In this document: positions 46,859 through 57,183 of the stretch, piece by piece | How the letters are laid out: every line of letters starts with the position of its first letter | Numbering within the stretch: position 1 is the first letter of the stretch | From: Candidatus Heimdallarchaeota archaeon | Lineage (GTDB): Archaea; Asgardarchaeota; Heimdallarchaeia; Hodarchaeales; Hodarchaeaceae | Length of the DNA stretch: 64,000 bases | Direction: 5' to 3' | Assembly (NCBI GenBank): GCA_011364965.1 | Contig: RDOB01000005.1 | Span: 32,001 to 96,000, forward strand | Notes under the pieces: generated by a model | Database searches by the model: none | What the model was told of the DNA's origin: nothing | Seen by the model: the letters and a program-made list of their open reading frames with translations, nothing else | Position numbers and translations under genes: made by a program

Positions 46859-48550
46859 ATGTTTAAACGAATCCTCATCGCAAATAGAGGAGAAATTGCG
46901 AACCGTATTATTGCTGCAGCTCAAGAGATGGGCATTGAAACTGTCGCAATCTATTCTGATGTCGATGAGGATGCTGTACATGTACATGCAGCTGATTTTT
47001 CATATCCACTAAAGGGAAATACTCCATCTGATAGTTATCTCAATATGGAGAAGATTATTAAGATAGCAAAAGAAAGTAAATCCGAAGCAATCCATCCTGG
47101 ATACGGATTTCTTTCTGAGAACTCTGTTTTTGCACAAAAGGTATGGGATGCTGGAATAGTCTTCATTGGTCCTACTCCTAAAGCGATATATGCTGTTGGA
47201 GATAAAATTCAAGCTAAACGAACGATGAAAGCTGCAGGCATACCTGTAATTCCTGGTTACCATAAAGGATCTCGTAATAAAAAATTTCTTCTGAAAAAAG
47301 CTCAAGAAATTGGATTTCCTATAATAATTAAGGCAACAGCTGGAGGAGGAGGAAGAGGAATGAGAATCGTAAATTCTGAAGAAGAGTTCCCTTCCGCGTA
47401 TGAAAGTGCCAAGCGTGAAGCAAAAGGGGCCTTTGGTAAAGGGGATGTCTTCCTCGAAAAGTATTTTTCCCATATTAGGCATATCGAATTTCAGATATTA
47501 GGAGATAGCTTTGGAAATATTATCCATCTAAATGAACGTGAATGTTCTATTCAACGAAGACACCAGAAAATCATTGAAGAAACCCCATCAACGGCTTTAA
47601 CAGGTGAATTGAGACAAAAAATGGGCGAAACCGCCATTGCTGCCGCTAAAGCCGTGAATTATTCTAATGCTGGTTCAGTTGAATTTGTATTAGATGATAG
47701 AAATAATTACTACTTTTTAGAAATCAATGCCCGACTCCAAGTAGAACATGCAATAACTGAAGCTACAACAGGAATCGATCTTGTTAAATGGCAAATTAAA
47801 ATCGCAGCTGGTCAAGAGCTTACTATTAACCAAGAAGATGTTGTTGGAAGGGGTCATGCTTTTGAATTTCGGATTTATGCTGAGAGTCCTGAAAATCAAT
47901 TTATGCCAGCTGCAGGGAAAATTTATCAAGTTCAGGTACCAGTTGGGGTAAATATAAGGAACGATCTGGGAATTCCTACATCTGGAGGTAATGTTTCAAC
48001 CTACTATGACCCAATGATTGCGAAGCTTATCGTTCATGCCGAAACACGCGATGAAGCTATACAAAAAATGCAATGGGCATTAAGAAATTATACTGCTCAA
48101 GGAATTCCCACAAATATTAACTTCTTAAAAGAAATTTTACTGCACAAAGAATTTCTCAATGGTAATACTCATACAAATTTTGTAGAACAATACTTTTCTG
48201 AGTGGAAAGGAGAAGAAAAGGAAACTCCTTATCAAGTATTACTTGCTGCGGCTCTTTTTGAAGTAATGGAGCCATTTATGAGTGCAGGTTCGGAATTTTC
48301 GGCAATGGTTGCACCTAATAGTATTGATCCCCATTCTCCATGGCAAAAGGTCGGGATGTGGGGACGTGAAAGTCTTGATGTTGTATCTGGTAAACTTTCT
48401 GGTACTTTAGGAAAGGGTAAGAAGGCATTCAAGAAAATTTTACCCAAAGTTGACGATATTCATTCATCGTTTCTTCCTGAAGATCCCTATTCCCCTTGGC
48501 GGAGTATTGGTTTTTGGGAACATGGAAAAACCCCGAAACGAAAACTCTAG
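46859..48550 (+). CDS. Biotin carboxylase subunit (3-methylcrotonyl-CoA carboxylase alpha, N-part)
   Basis: ILIANRGEIA, HPGYGFLSEN, GGGGRGMR, RECSIQRRHQK, FLEINARLQVEH, YYDPMIAK. Confidence 0.94.
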   Translation: MFKRILIANRGEIANRIIAAAQEMGIETVAIYSDVDEDAVHVHAADFSYPLKGNTPSDSYLNMEKIIKIAKESKSEAIHPGYGFLSENSVFAQKVWDAGIVFIGPTPKAIYAVGDKIQAKRTMKAAGIPVIPGYHKGSRNKKFLLKKAQEIGFPIIIKATAGGGGRGMRIVNSEEEFPSAYESAKREAKGAFGKGDVFLEKYFSHIRHIEFQILGDSFGNIIHLNERECSIQRRHQKIIEETPSTALTGELRQKMGETAIAAAKAVNYSNAGSVEFVLDDRNNYYFLEINARLQVEHAITEATTGIDLVKWQIKIAAGQELTINQEDVVGRGHAFEFRIYAESPENQFMPAAGKIYQVQVPVGVNIRNDLGIPTSGGNVSTYYDPMIAKLIVHAETRDEAIQKMQWALRNYTAQGIPTNINFLKEILLHKEFLNGNTHTNFVEQYFSEWKGEEKETPYQVLLAAALFEVMEPFMSAGSEFSAMVAPNSIDPHSPWQKVGMWGRESLDVVSGKLSGTLGKGKKAFKKILPKVDDIHSSFLPEDPYSPWRSIGFWEHGKTPKRKL

Positions 48551-48567
48551 TCTGACTGGGAAATAAT

Positions 48568-49095
48568 ATGAGTGAAAATTTCACCTTTGAAAAAGGTAAT
48601 CGCCGATTTATGGTTCGCTTACGTCGCGATGAAGAAACTAATTCATATTTTGCCATTATTCAAGAAGAAGATGGGTCAGAGAAAGAGATACAGGTCACTG
48701 CTAAAGTTTTAGGTGTTGGTCAATTTCAATTTACACTTGAAAATATTATCTACAAGTGTTCTGTAGCTAAAGACGGGAATATTAGGTTTATTCATCTAGA
48801 TGGCCATGATTATCAATTAACTCGCGTTACAGATCTAACAGAAGATTTTGAAGAAACTATAGAGGAAGGAGGACTTACCAGTCCAATGCCAGGACGAATT
48901 ATCAAATTATTGGTAAAAGTGGGCGATAAAATCAAGAAAGGACAGGAACTTTTGGTAATCGAAGCCATGAAAATGGAAAATAAGGTATCAGCTCCATTTG
49001 ATGGATTTATTGAGGCTATTTATTATAAGAATGGGGATCAGGTAGAAGCAAACGTTCCATTAATGGAAATCATTCAGTCAGATAATCCCAAATAA
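48568..49095 (+). CDS. BT domain + biotin carboxyl carrier protein
   Basis: SPMPG, EAMKME biotinylation motif. Confidence 0.93.
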   Translation: MSENFTFEKGNRRFMVRLRRDEETNSYFAIIQEEDGSEKEIQVTAKVLGVGQFQFTLENIIYKCSVAKDGNIRFIHLDGHDYQLTRVTDLTEDFEETIEEGGLTSPMPGRIIKLLVKVGDKIKKGQELLVIEAMKMENKVSAPFDGFIEAIYYKNGDQVEANVPLMEIIQSDNPK

Positions 49096-49233
49096 CAAAT
49101 AGAAGGAAATTAGAACCTTCTGCCTTCTCATAATCAATTTTTATTGCATTGACTTTATTTTTTCAGAGAAGAAAAATCCATAAATTATCATATGAAACTC
49201 TCTAAACTGCGTTGTTAAGATGAGGATGTTCTG

Positions 49234-50838
49234 ATGGCTATTTTAAAATCCAAAGTCGATGTAAAATCGAAAGAATATATGGAGAATTGGGAGTATTATC
49301 AGACAGTGTTGAAACAGCTTCGCGAAACACTTGAAAGAGTGCGGGAGGGTAATCCAAAAGCTCTGGAAAAACATCTAGAAAGAGGAAAAATTCCCGCTAG
49401 ACAACGAATTAAAATGGTTTTAGATCCAGACACTCCATTCATGGAATTAAGTCCATTAGCTGCATTAGGGTTATATAATGATGATGCTCCCTATGCTGGC
49501 ATTGTTACAGGGCTTGGTATGGTATCTGGAAGGGAAGTGATGTTCATTGCTAATGATGCTACAATTAAGGGTGGAACTTATTTTCCTATGACCGTTAAAA
49601 AGCATCTTAGGGCACAAGAGATAGCAGAAGAGAATTACTTACCCTGTGTATATCTAGTTGACTCTGGTGGAGCTTTTCTCCCTCTTCAAGCTGAAGTGTT
49701 TCCTGATAGAGAGCATTTTGGCCGAATTTTTTATAATCAGGCACAAATGTCAGCTAAGTCTATTCCTCAAATAAGTGTTGTAATGGGGTCATGTACAGCG
49801 GGTGGCGCATATGTTCCTGCTATGAGTGACGAAACAGTTATAGTCAAGGGTACAGGAACTATTTTCCTAGGCGGACCACCATTAGTGAAAGCAGCTACAG
49901 GGGAGGAAGTCTCAGCTGAGGATTTAGGAGGGGCAGATGTACACTGCCGTACTTCTGGTGTAGCAGATCACTATGCTACGAATGATGACCATGCTTTACG
50001 AATTACTCGGAATATAATTGAGCATCTAAATCTTCCTCCCAAAACAAAGGTAGATGTCCGTAATCCGGAATCACCTTTGTATGAAATCAGCGAAATTTAT
50101 GGAATCCTCCCTAAAGATCCAAAACAAGCTTATGATGTCCATGAAATTATTGCTCGGTTGGTCGATGGTTCACGTTTTCATGAATTCAAAGCTTTATATG
50201 GAGCTACACTAGTCTGTGGTTTTGGCTGGATTATGGGATATCCTGTGGGAATATTAGCAAATAATGGAGTTCTTTTTTCTGAAAGCGCACTGAAGGGTAC
50301 TCATTTCATAAATTTATGCACCCAGCGTAAACTTCCTTTGATCTTCCTTCAAAATATTACTGGCTTTATCGTAGGTAAAGATGCTGAATCCGGAGGTATA
50401 GCAAAAGATGGAGCAAAATTAGTAATGGCTGTAAGTAATGCCCAAGTACCAAAAATCACAATTATAATTGGAGGTAGTTTTGGAGCTGGCAATTATGGTA
50501 TGGCTGGTCGTGCTTATTCACCTCGCTTTTTGTTTATGTGGCCAAACGCTCGAATCTCCGTTATGGGAGGAGAACAGGCAGCAAATGTACTTGCTACCGT
50601 TAAGGAAGCTCAATTAGAATTGCAAGGAGAACAAATAACACCAGAATTGAGGGAGAAAATAATGGCCCCTATTCTTAGAAAATATGATGAAGAATCAAGT
50701 GCATATTATTCTACTGCAAGATTATGGGATGATGGAATAATTGATCCTGTAGATACTCGAATAATTTTGGCTTTGTGCATATCTGCGACCTTGAATGCAC
50801 CGATACCTGAAACAAAATATGGTGTATTTCGTATGTAG
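49234..50838 (+). CDS. liuB: 3-methylcrotonyl-CoA carboxylase beta (carboxyltransferase) subunit
   Basis: [62 protein letters not shown]. Confidence 0.92.
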   Translation: MAILKSKVDVKSKEYMENWEYYQTVLKQLRETLERVREGNPKALEKHLERGKIPARQRIKMVLDPDTPFMELSPLAALGLYNDDAPYAGIVTGLGMVSGREVMFIANDATIKGGTYFPMTVKKHLRAQEIAEENYLPCVYLVDSGGAFLPLQAEVFPDREHFGRIFYNQAQMSAKSIPQISVVMGSCTAGGAYVPAMSDETVIVKGTGTIFLGGPPLVKAATGEEVSAEDLGGADVHCRTSGVADHYATNDDHALRITRNIIEHLNLPPKTKVDVRNPESPLYEISEIYGILPKDPKQAYDVHEIIARLVDGSRFHEFKALYGATLVCGFGWIMGYPVGILANNGVLFSESALKGTHFINLCTQRKLPLIFLQNITGFIVGKDAESGGIAKDGAKLVMAVSNAQVPKITIIIGGSFGAGNYGMAGRAYSPRFLFMWPNARISVMGGEQAANVLATVKEAQLELQGEQITPELREKIMAPILRKYDEESSAYYSTARLWDDGIIDPVDTRIILALCISATLNAPIPETKYGVFRM

Positions 50839-50856
50839 AAAGGGACCGAGATTCAA

Positions 50857-51654
50857 ATGGAAAATTATGACACAATTTTAACTGAGCAGATAAATCATAT
50901 AGCTCGAATCACTCTAAATAGAGTACAGGTACATAATGCCTTCAATCCAACAATGATTGAGGAGCTAACCTCTGTTTTTAAACAACTGGGAAATGATTTA
51001 TCTATACGGGCGATAATTTTAACTGGAGCAGGAAAATCATTTTCTGCAGGCGCTGATCTAAACTACATGAAATCAACCAAAGATTATTCTTTGGAAGAAA
51101 ACCAAGAGGATGCATTTCGATTAGAACAATTATTTTACACGATTTATACCACTCCTAAACCAGTTATTGCGAGGATAAATGGAGCAGCGTTTGGAGGGGG
51201 AGTGGGACTTATTTGTGCATCTGATATAGCAATATCGGTTGAAACAGCCAAAATGGCATTTTCCGAGGTCAATTTGGGTATTATGCCTGCAGTGATATCT
51301 CCTTATGTAATTCCGAAGATAGGTATGGCCAATACTACGAGATACTTCCTAACCGGAGAAATTTTTAATGCGATAAAAGCTAAAACCATGGGATTAATTC
51401 ATGAAACAACAAAGGATCATTCAGAGCTTGATAAAAAGATTCAGGAGATCATCAACCATATATTTTCCAGTAGCCCTTTGGCAATGACTGCTATAAAGCA
51501 ATTACTAGTAAAAAATCGTGATAGTGACTTTCAAACAGTCAGGAAATATTGTATTGAAAAAATTGCTGAAATTCGAACCTCTGATGAAGGTAAGGAAGGA
51601 TTGAATGCGTTTTTAGAGAAACGCTCTCCCAAATGGAAAATAGAGAATTGGTAA
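50857..51654 (+). CDS. liuC: Enoyl-CoA hydratase, probable methylglutaconyl-CoA hydratase
   Basis: HNAFN, FSAGADLNYM, GGGVG, FSEVNLGIMPAVISPYV, EGKEGLNAFLEKR; next to MCC. Confidence 0.85.
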   Translation: MENYDTILTEQINHIARITLNRVQVHNAFNPTMIEELTSVFKQLGNDLSIRAIILTGAGKSFSAGADLNYMKSTKDYSLEENQEDAFRLEQLFYTIYTTPKPVIARINGAAFGGGVGLICASDIAISVETAKMAFSEVNLGIMPAVISPYVIPKIGMANTTRYFLTGEIFNAIKAKTMGLIHETTKDHSELDKKIQEIINHIFSSSPLAMTAIKQLLVKNRDSDFQTVRKYCIEKIAEIRTSDEGKEGLNAFLEKRSPKWKIENW

Positions 51655-51683
51655 GATTAATCCCAAAGGTTTTGTTATAAAAG

Positions 51684-52439
51684 ATGATTAGAACAATCGA
51701 ATATGATTTTGAAGAACCCAAGAAGAAGAATATGCCATATATTGTATTTGTTCATGGTGCAGGAGGAAGTAAAGCGCAATGGAGAAAGCAAGTTGATTTT
51801 TTCAAATCATTAGGCTTTGGATTACTCGTTCCTAACCTTCCGGGTCATGGTTCTAGTAAACCCATAGAAATGACAAGTGTTTCTCATTTTGCAAAGACAA
51901 TAATTGATTTGATTACCGAGTTAAGAGTAGAACCATTTATTCTTTGTGGACATTCCATGGGAGGGGCTATTATTCTAGATATAACACTCAAATATTCAAT
52001 AAAAAACCTCAAAAAAGTTATTTTAATTGGTACTGGAGCAAAATTAAATGTTGCCCCTTTATTTTTCGAATTAATTGAAAATAATTTTGATCAAGCATTG
52101 GAAATGATGGAAAAATTCGCTTATGGAGAAGAAGTAGACCCTAATATAATAATAGAAAATAAGAAGATATTTCAAGGCAATGGAGCGCAAATATTGCTTC
52201 AAGATTTCAATTCTTGTACAAAGTTTGACATTCGTGGTCATATTTCCCAAAACATTTCAGTTCCTGTTCTTATAATCTGTGGTGAACAAGATCGTTTAAC
52301 GCCAGTAAAGTATTCAAAATATCTGCAAGAGAATATAAAGGGGTCAGAGTTAATAGTTATTCCTCGTGTTGGACATTTTGCTTTTCAAGAAGCTAAAGAT
52401 CAAGTAAATACAATAATAAATAAATTTATTCAAACTTAA
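51684..52439 (+). CDS. Alpha/beta hydrolase
   Basis: VFVHGAGG, LPGHG, GHSMGG nucleophile elbow, GEQD, GH. Confidence 0.92.
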   Translation: MIRTIEYDFEEPKKKNMPYIVFVHGAGGSKAQWRKQVDFFKSLGFGLLVPNLPGHGSSKPIEMTSVSHFAKTIIDLITELRVEPFILCGHSMGGAIILDITLKYSIKNLKKVILIGTGAKLNVAPLFFELIENNFDQALEMMEKFAYGEEVDPNIIIENKKIFQGNGAQILLQDFNSCTKFDIRGHISQNISVPVLIICGEQDRLTPVKYSKYLQENIKGSELIVIPRVGHFAFQEAKDQVNTIINKFIQT

Positions 52440-52459
52440 AATAAATCTTTAATCTTGGA

Positions 52460-53365
52460 ATGTGTATCGAAGTGTCAAAAGAATCTTTAATTGAGAAATT
52501 AGGTTTTAATGCAAGTGATAAGGTGATCATTTTTCATATTGATGACATGGGGTTTTCACATGCATCCAACGTTGCCTCATTTGAATGCTTGGATTTTGGG
52601 GTAGCAACTTGCGGATCCGTTATAGTTCCTTCTCCATGGTTCCTTGAAACTGCTAATATTTGTAAAAAAAATTCCCAATATGATGTCGGTGTACATTTGA
52701 CTTTAACTTGCGAATATGATCTGTATCGCTGGAGAGCTATCAGTAGTGTTGATCCCAAAACTGGATTATTAGATCACGAAGGTTGCCTTTGGAGAACATC
52801 AGAGGCTGCTGTAGAAAATATTTCTACCGAAGCTGCTGAATTTGAAATGCGAGCTCAGATTCAAAGAGCAATAAATCATGGTATAGATGTAACTCACATT
52901 GATACCCATATGGGTACAGTTATGAATCCCAAATACATTCAATCTTATTTAACGCTGTCTCAAGAATTTAAAGTTCCTGCTTTCATGCCTAGGGTGACAC
53001 GAGAGCAGTTAATAGAAATTGGTTTGGGTGAGTTTGCAGATATTTATCTTGGATTTCTCACACAGCTAGAAAATGATGGATTTCCTCTTATCGACCAAAT
53101 GATAATTGATACAGGAGGAGAGCAACCAAACAAGGTGGAATATTATTGTGATAGGTTAAAAGAAGTCAAGGAGGGATTAACCCACCTATTATTTCATCCT
53201 GCAAAGATGTCTGAAGAACTGAAAGCAATAACTCCTGAATCTTCAGGGTGGAGAAATCAGGATTATGAAGCTTTTACAAGCTCAGAATTGAAAGAATATA
53301 TAGAGGAATTAGGTTTCAAGATAATTGGATACCGTAAAATTAGAGATCTAATCCGTAAAGCTTGA
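52460..53365 (+). CDS. YdjC/ChbG-family carbohydrate deacetylase
   Basis: HIDDMG, GVHLTL, THIDTHMG, FHPA. Confidence 0.88.
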   Translation: MCIEVSKESLIEKLGFNASDKVIIFHIDDMGFSHASNVASFECLDFGVATCGSVIVPSPWFLETANICKKNSQYDVGVHLTLTCEYDLYRWRAISSVDPKTGLLDHEGCLWRTSEAAVENISTEAAEFEMRAQIQRAINHGIDVTHIDTHMGTVMNPKYIQSYLTLSQEFKVPAFMPRVTREQLIEIGLGEFADIYLGFLTQLENDGFPLIDQMIIDTGGEQPNKVEYYCDRLKEVKEGLTHLLFHPAKMSEELKAITPESSGWRNQDYEAFTSSELKEYIEELGFKIIGYRKIRDLIRKA

Positions 53366-53400
53366 ATAGCTAATGTCGCTAAAATATCGAGAGAAAAAAA

Positions 53401-54675
53401 ATGTATAACATCCTTGAGATTAGATTTGTTGACATAAATGGATCATTAAAAGCTATGAATGTACCCGTTGAAATAGAAGAGATTACTAATGCCTCTAATG
53501 ATCCGATATTTACAGAGGGTGCAAATATTGATGGGAGTTCAGTTGCTGGGTTCACCCCATTGGAGGACTCAGATCTTCATCTCATTCCAGATTTATCGAG
53601 TTTAACTGAAATCTCATACACTGAAGAGCCCAAGCTTGCTACTATGTGTACGATTTATCAAAGAGGGAAAATTTTTCCTGGTGATACACGTTCACGTTTG
53701 AAGTATATCATTAAAGAAAAACTAGAATCTAGAAATTGGACTTTAAAGGTTGGCCCTGAACCTGAATTTGTATTGTTGAAAGATTCTAAGCCTATCGATG
53801 AAGGTGACTATGCTGATATATACCCTAGAGCTATTGCAGAAGGAATGGTAAAGCGATTTCCACAGCATTTGTCAAAAGCCAAAATTAAAACCAAAGTTCA
53901 TCATCATGAGGTTGGACCTGGTCAATATGAAATAGAAATTGGCCATAATGAGGTTTTACTGCAAGCAGATGCTATACTTACTTATAAGGCGACAATAAGA
54001 GCACTTGCGGTAAAAATGGGGTACCTTGCTTCTTTTATGCCCAAACCCTTTGGAAACCAGCCTGGAAATGGAATGCATTTTCACATTTCACTATGGGAAG
54101 ACGAAAAAAACCTCTTTGCGACTAAAAATGTCAATGAAATATCAAAATTAGGTCAACACTTTATGGCCGGTATTTTGGAACATTCTCAAGCAATAACAGC
54201 ACTTGTTGCCCCAACAATTAACTCATATAAACGACTAGTACCTGGATTTGAGGCCCCGGTATATATTGCATGGGGTCCGCTCAATCGATCTGCTCTTATC
54301 CGTGTTCCCATGTACCAAATCCCTTCACTCGCACGATTTGAATACAGATGCCCCGATCCGAGCACTAATCCCTATATTGCATTTCTAGCTCTTATATCAG
54401 CAGGATTAGATGGTATTGATCGCGAGCTTGAGCTAGTGTCTCCCGTCACACAAAATATTTTCACGTTATCATCTGAGGAACGTGACAGATTAAATATCAA
54501 AACTCTTCCTGGGAATTTATTTGAAGCCCTGAGCTTCTTGAAATCCAATAGACTTCTGCGTCAAGCCTTGGGAGAACATATTTATTCGCAATTCCTCAAA
54601 ATTAAACAAGAAGAGTGGCTACAGTATTCCACCCAAGTAACAGACTGGGATTGGAAGAAATATCTGCATATATAA
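53401..54675 (+). CDS. glnA: Glutamine synthetase (type I) family protein
   Basis: DGSS, GPEPEF, HHEVGPGQYE, FMPKP, GNGMH, NSYKRL, NRSALIR, RFEYRCPD. Confidence 0.92.
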   Translation: MYNILEIRFVDINGSLKAMNVPVEIEEITNASNDPIFTEGANIDGSSVAGFTPLEDSDLHLIPDLSSLTEISYTEEPKLATMCTIYQRGKIFPGDTRSRLKYIIKEKLESRNWTLKVGPEPEFVLLKDSKPIDEGDYADIYPRAIAEGMVKRFPQHLSKAKIKTKVHHHEVGPGQYEIEIGHNEVLLQADAILTYKATIRALAVKMGYLASFMPKPFGNQPGNGMHFHISLWEDEKNLFATKNVNEISKLGQHFMAGILEHSQAITALVAPTINSYKRLVPGFEAPVYIAWGPLNRSALIRVPMYQIPSLARFEYRCPDPSTNPYIAFLALISAGLDGIDRELELVSPVTQNIFTLSSEERDRLNIKTLPGNLFEALSFLKSNRLLRQALGEHIYSQFLKIKQEEWLQYSTQVTDWDWKKYLHI

Positions 54676-54693
54676 TGTAATTTAGGTGATATA

Positions 54694-55524
54694 ATGAAAT
54701 TCCAAATTGCTTTAGCTCAAATTAAATCATTTCAAGCTGATCCCAAGAAAAATCTTGATCAGATTCAAAAAATATGTTCTAAATCCGAAATTGTATCCCA
54801 TTCGAACACCATTGTAGTCTTTCCCGAATTATCAGTTACTGGATATCTAATGCACGATGATATATTTGAGTTAGCTCAACCAACTCCACAGGGATCATAT
54901 TGTGAGAAGTTAGTGAAGATTGCAAGCCAAAATTCTTGCTTTATTGTAGCGGGGATGCCAGAGTCATCACTACCTGGACTTATCTACAATACAGCAATAT
55001 TAGTAGGACCAGAAGGATTCTTAGGCAAAGCAAGGAAGATAATGATTCCAAATCATTCCGTATTTAATGAACGAAGATATTTCCGTAGTGCTACTCAGAT
55101 TGGCATTTTAGATACCCCGTTTGGGAAACTTGGATTACAAATATGTTATGATATTTTCAGTCCAGAAGTGACTCGCGCCCACGCTTTTTTAGGCGCCCAT
55201 ACATCCATTTGCATTTCAGCGTCTCCAGGGATACGAAGACACTATTTCGAAGCATTCATTCCCTCTAGAGCAATGGAAAACACTATAAATTTGGTTTATG
55301 TTAACCAAGCTGGTATTCAAGATGATTTAATTTTTTGGGGTGGATCAGAGGCTAGAAATGCTGCAGGGAAGCAAATTGTGAAATTGAAGTATAATGAACC
55401 AGATTTTGGTGTTATTACATTAGATACCGAGGTAGTGAGACAATCAAAACACTTTGTTCCAACTTTGAGAGATGTTCCGCCTTGGATGTATTCAAAACTA
55501 GAATTAGAAAGTCGTGAGTTATAG
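54694..55524 (+). CDS. Carbon-nitrogen hydrolase, probable glutaminase partner of NadE
   Basis: ALAQ, FPEL..TGY, RK..IPN...FNERRYF, ICYD, SASP; 14 nt upstream of nadE. Confidence 0.88.
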   Translation: MKFQIALAQIKSFQADPKKNLDQIQKICSKSEIVSHSNTIVVFPELSVTGYLMHDDIFELAQPTPQGSYCEKLVKIASQNSCFIVAGMPESSLPGLIYNTAILVGPEGFLGKARKIMIPNHSVFNERRYFRSATQIGILDTPFGKLGLQICYDIFSPEVTRAHAFLGAHTSICISASPGIRRHYFEAFIPSRAMENTINLVYVNQAGIQDDLIFWGGSEARNAAGKQIVKLKYNEPDFGVITLDTEVVRQSKHFVPTLRDVPPWMYSKLELESREL

Positions 55525-55538
55525 ATGGTGATGAAGTA

Positions 55539-56378
55539 ATGAAAACCATTCCCCCGATTGATGTGGAGCAAATAACTAAACTGATTGAGGAATTCATTCG
55601 CATCCGAGTGAAAGAATCTGGATTAAATGGAGTAGTGATTGGTGTTAGCGGAGGGATTGATTCAGCTGTTGTTACTACTTTGGCTGTCCGTGCATTGGGC
55701 CCTGAAAGGGTTTTTGCGCTTTTTCTTCCCAGTGGTACCACACCTTCAGAAGATTTAGCTGATGTCACTAATTTATGTAAAATTCTTGGGATTAATCTAA
55801 AGGTAATTGATATCCAGAACATTATTCATTCAGTTTCAACCGAAATAAAGGAAAAAGAAGATTCTAATCGACTAGAATGGATGAATTTAAAACCTAGAAT
55901 TCGGCAAACAATCTGGTATTTTTATGCAAATAAGATGAACTGCCTTATATGTGGAGGAGGCAATAAAAGCGAATTAATGATAGGGTATTATACCAAATAT
56001 GGCGATGGAGCAGTTGATCTTTTACCAATTGGAGATATCTATAAAACGCATGTCTACCAACTAGCAAAATATCTTAAAATTCCTAAAAAGATTCTTATGA
56101 AAGCCCCTTCCGCAGGATTATCAGAAAATCAAACTGATGAAACAGAAATTGGCATGAGCTACGATTTATTAGATGCAATACTATTTGGACTTGAACATTT
56201 CCAAACCGAATCCGATATTGCTAATTTACTTGAAATTTCCATCGAAAGAGTAAAAGAGGTAAAATCAATGCTCTATTCAAGTGAACATAAACGAAGGGGG
56301 CCAATTTTGTTAAAATTAGGTGTGAGAACTCCAAATATTGACTGGCGGATACCTCTAGTTGAACCAAGTGAGTTCTAA
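55539..56378 (+). CDS. nadE: NAD+ synthetase (single-domain)
   Basis: GVSGGIDS, NLKPRIR, NKSE...GYYTKYGDG, KAPSAGL, QTDE. Confidence 0.95.
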   Translation: MKTIPPIDVEQITKLIEEFIRIRVKESGLNGVVIGVSGGIDSAVVTTLAVRALGPERVFALFLPSGTTPSEDLADVTNLCKILGINLKVIDIQNIIHSVSTEIKEKEDSNRLEWMNLKPRIRQTIWYFYANKMNCLICGGGNKSELMIGYYTKYGDGAVDLLPIGDIYKTHVYQLAKYLKIPKKILMKAPSAGLSENQTDETEIGMSYDLLDAILFGLEHFQTESDIANLLEISIERVKEVKSMLYSSEHKRRGPILLKLGVRTPNIDWRIPLVEPSEF

Positions 56379-56416
56379 TATAAAATTAAATTGAATTAAT
56401 TCATGCAGGGAACGAA

Positions 56417-57178
56417 ATGTGTCGACTTCTAGGAATTTTTCGAGAAAATCCAATTTGGCAAGAAATAGCTTTAGAATTTCAAAAGCAGGCTGAAGTTGGA
56501 AATGTTCCTCCAGAGGCAACAAGTTCAGGCCATAAAGATGGTTGGGGTATGGCATATTCAAAAAATAATGAAAAAATGATACTACTAGCTAAAGGTCTTG
56601 GTTCAGCTCTTGAGTCGGAGAGATATCTGGAATCTTTAAAGTCGTTAGAATTCTCCCCTCATGTTTTTCTTTGCCATTTACGAAAAGCGAGTCCTAAAAT
56701 CGCTGTATCTTATGCCAATACTCATCCATTTTTCTGGGAGTCTTGGGCATTTATACATAATGGAACCGTTCATGACGCGAATCAACTATCTTATGATATT
56801 AGTTACCCATTAAGTTCCGAAGGATCTGATTCCGAATATTTCTTTAGATATTTAATGAAATCAATTAATAAAAATCCCAAAATATCAGTTTTACAAAATT
56901 TAGTAAACTCTCTAGATAATTTGACCGTTCAATTCACAGCAATTAATTTTCTGTTAAGTAATGGTAAAATTTTATATTCTCTAAGGTGGGCAAAGCAAAA
57001 TCTAAATTATTATTCTCTCTATTTTCAGAAACATAACTCTTCTATAATTTTTTCTTCTGAACCTATTGGTTTTAAGGGCTCTAAAGAATATTCATGGGAG
57101 GAAATTCCAAATAAAACGCTCCTAGAAGTTTCAATGCCATCTAACGAAATTCGGATAGAATCCCATTCTTTCGATTAA
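56417..57178 (+). CDS. Class II (Ntn) glutamine amidotransferase, YafJ/EgtC-like
   Basis: MCRLLG (Cys2), HKDGWG, HLRKAS, NTHPF, HNG, DSE. Confidence 0.92.
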   Translation: MCRLLGIFRENPIWQEIALEFQKQAEVGNVPPEATSSGHKDGWGMAYSKNNEKMILLAKGLGSALESERYLESLKSLEFSPHVFLCHLRKASPKIAVSYANTHPFFWESWAFIHNGTVHDANQLSYDISYPLSSEGSDSEYFFRYLMKSINKNPKISVLQNLVNSLDNLTVQFTAINFLLSNGKILYSLRWAKQNLNYYSLYFQKHNSSIIFSSEPIGFKGSKEYSWEEIPNKTLLEVSMPSNEIRIESHSFD

Positions 57179-57183
57179 ATATA

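Noticed and set aside
48540-48570. Programmed frameshift or pseudogene joining BC and BCCP
   Set aside because: Clean stop, separate ATG, no slippery site, and all catalytic motifs intact in both parts
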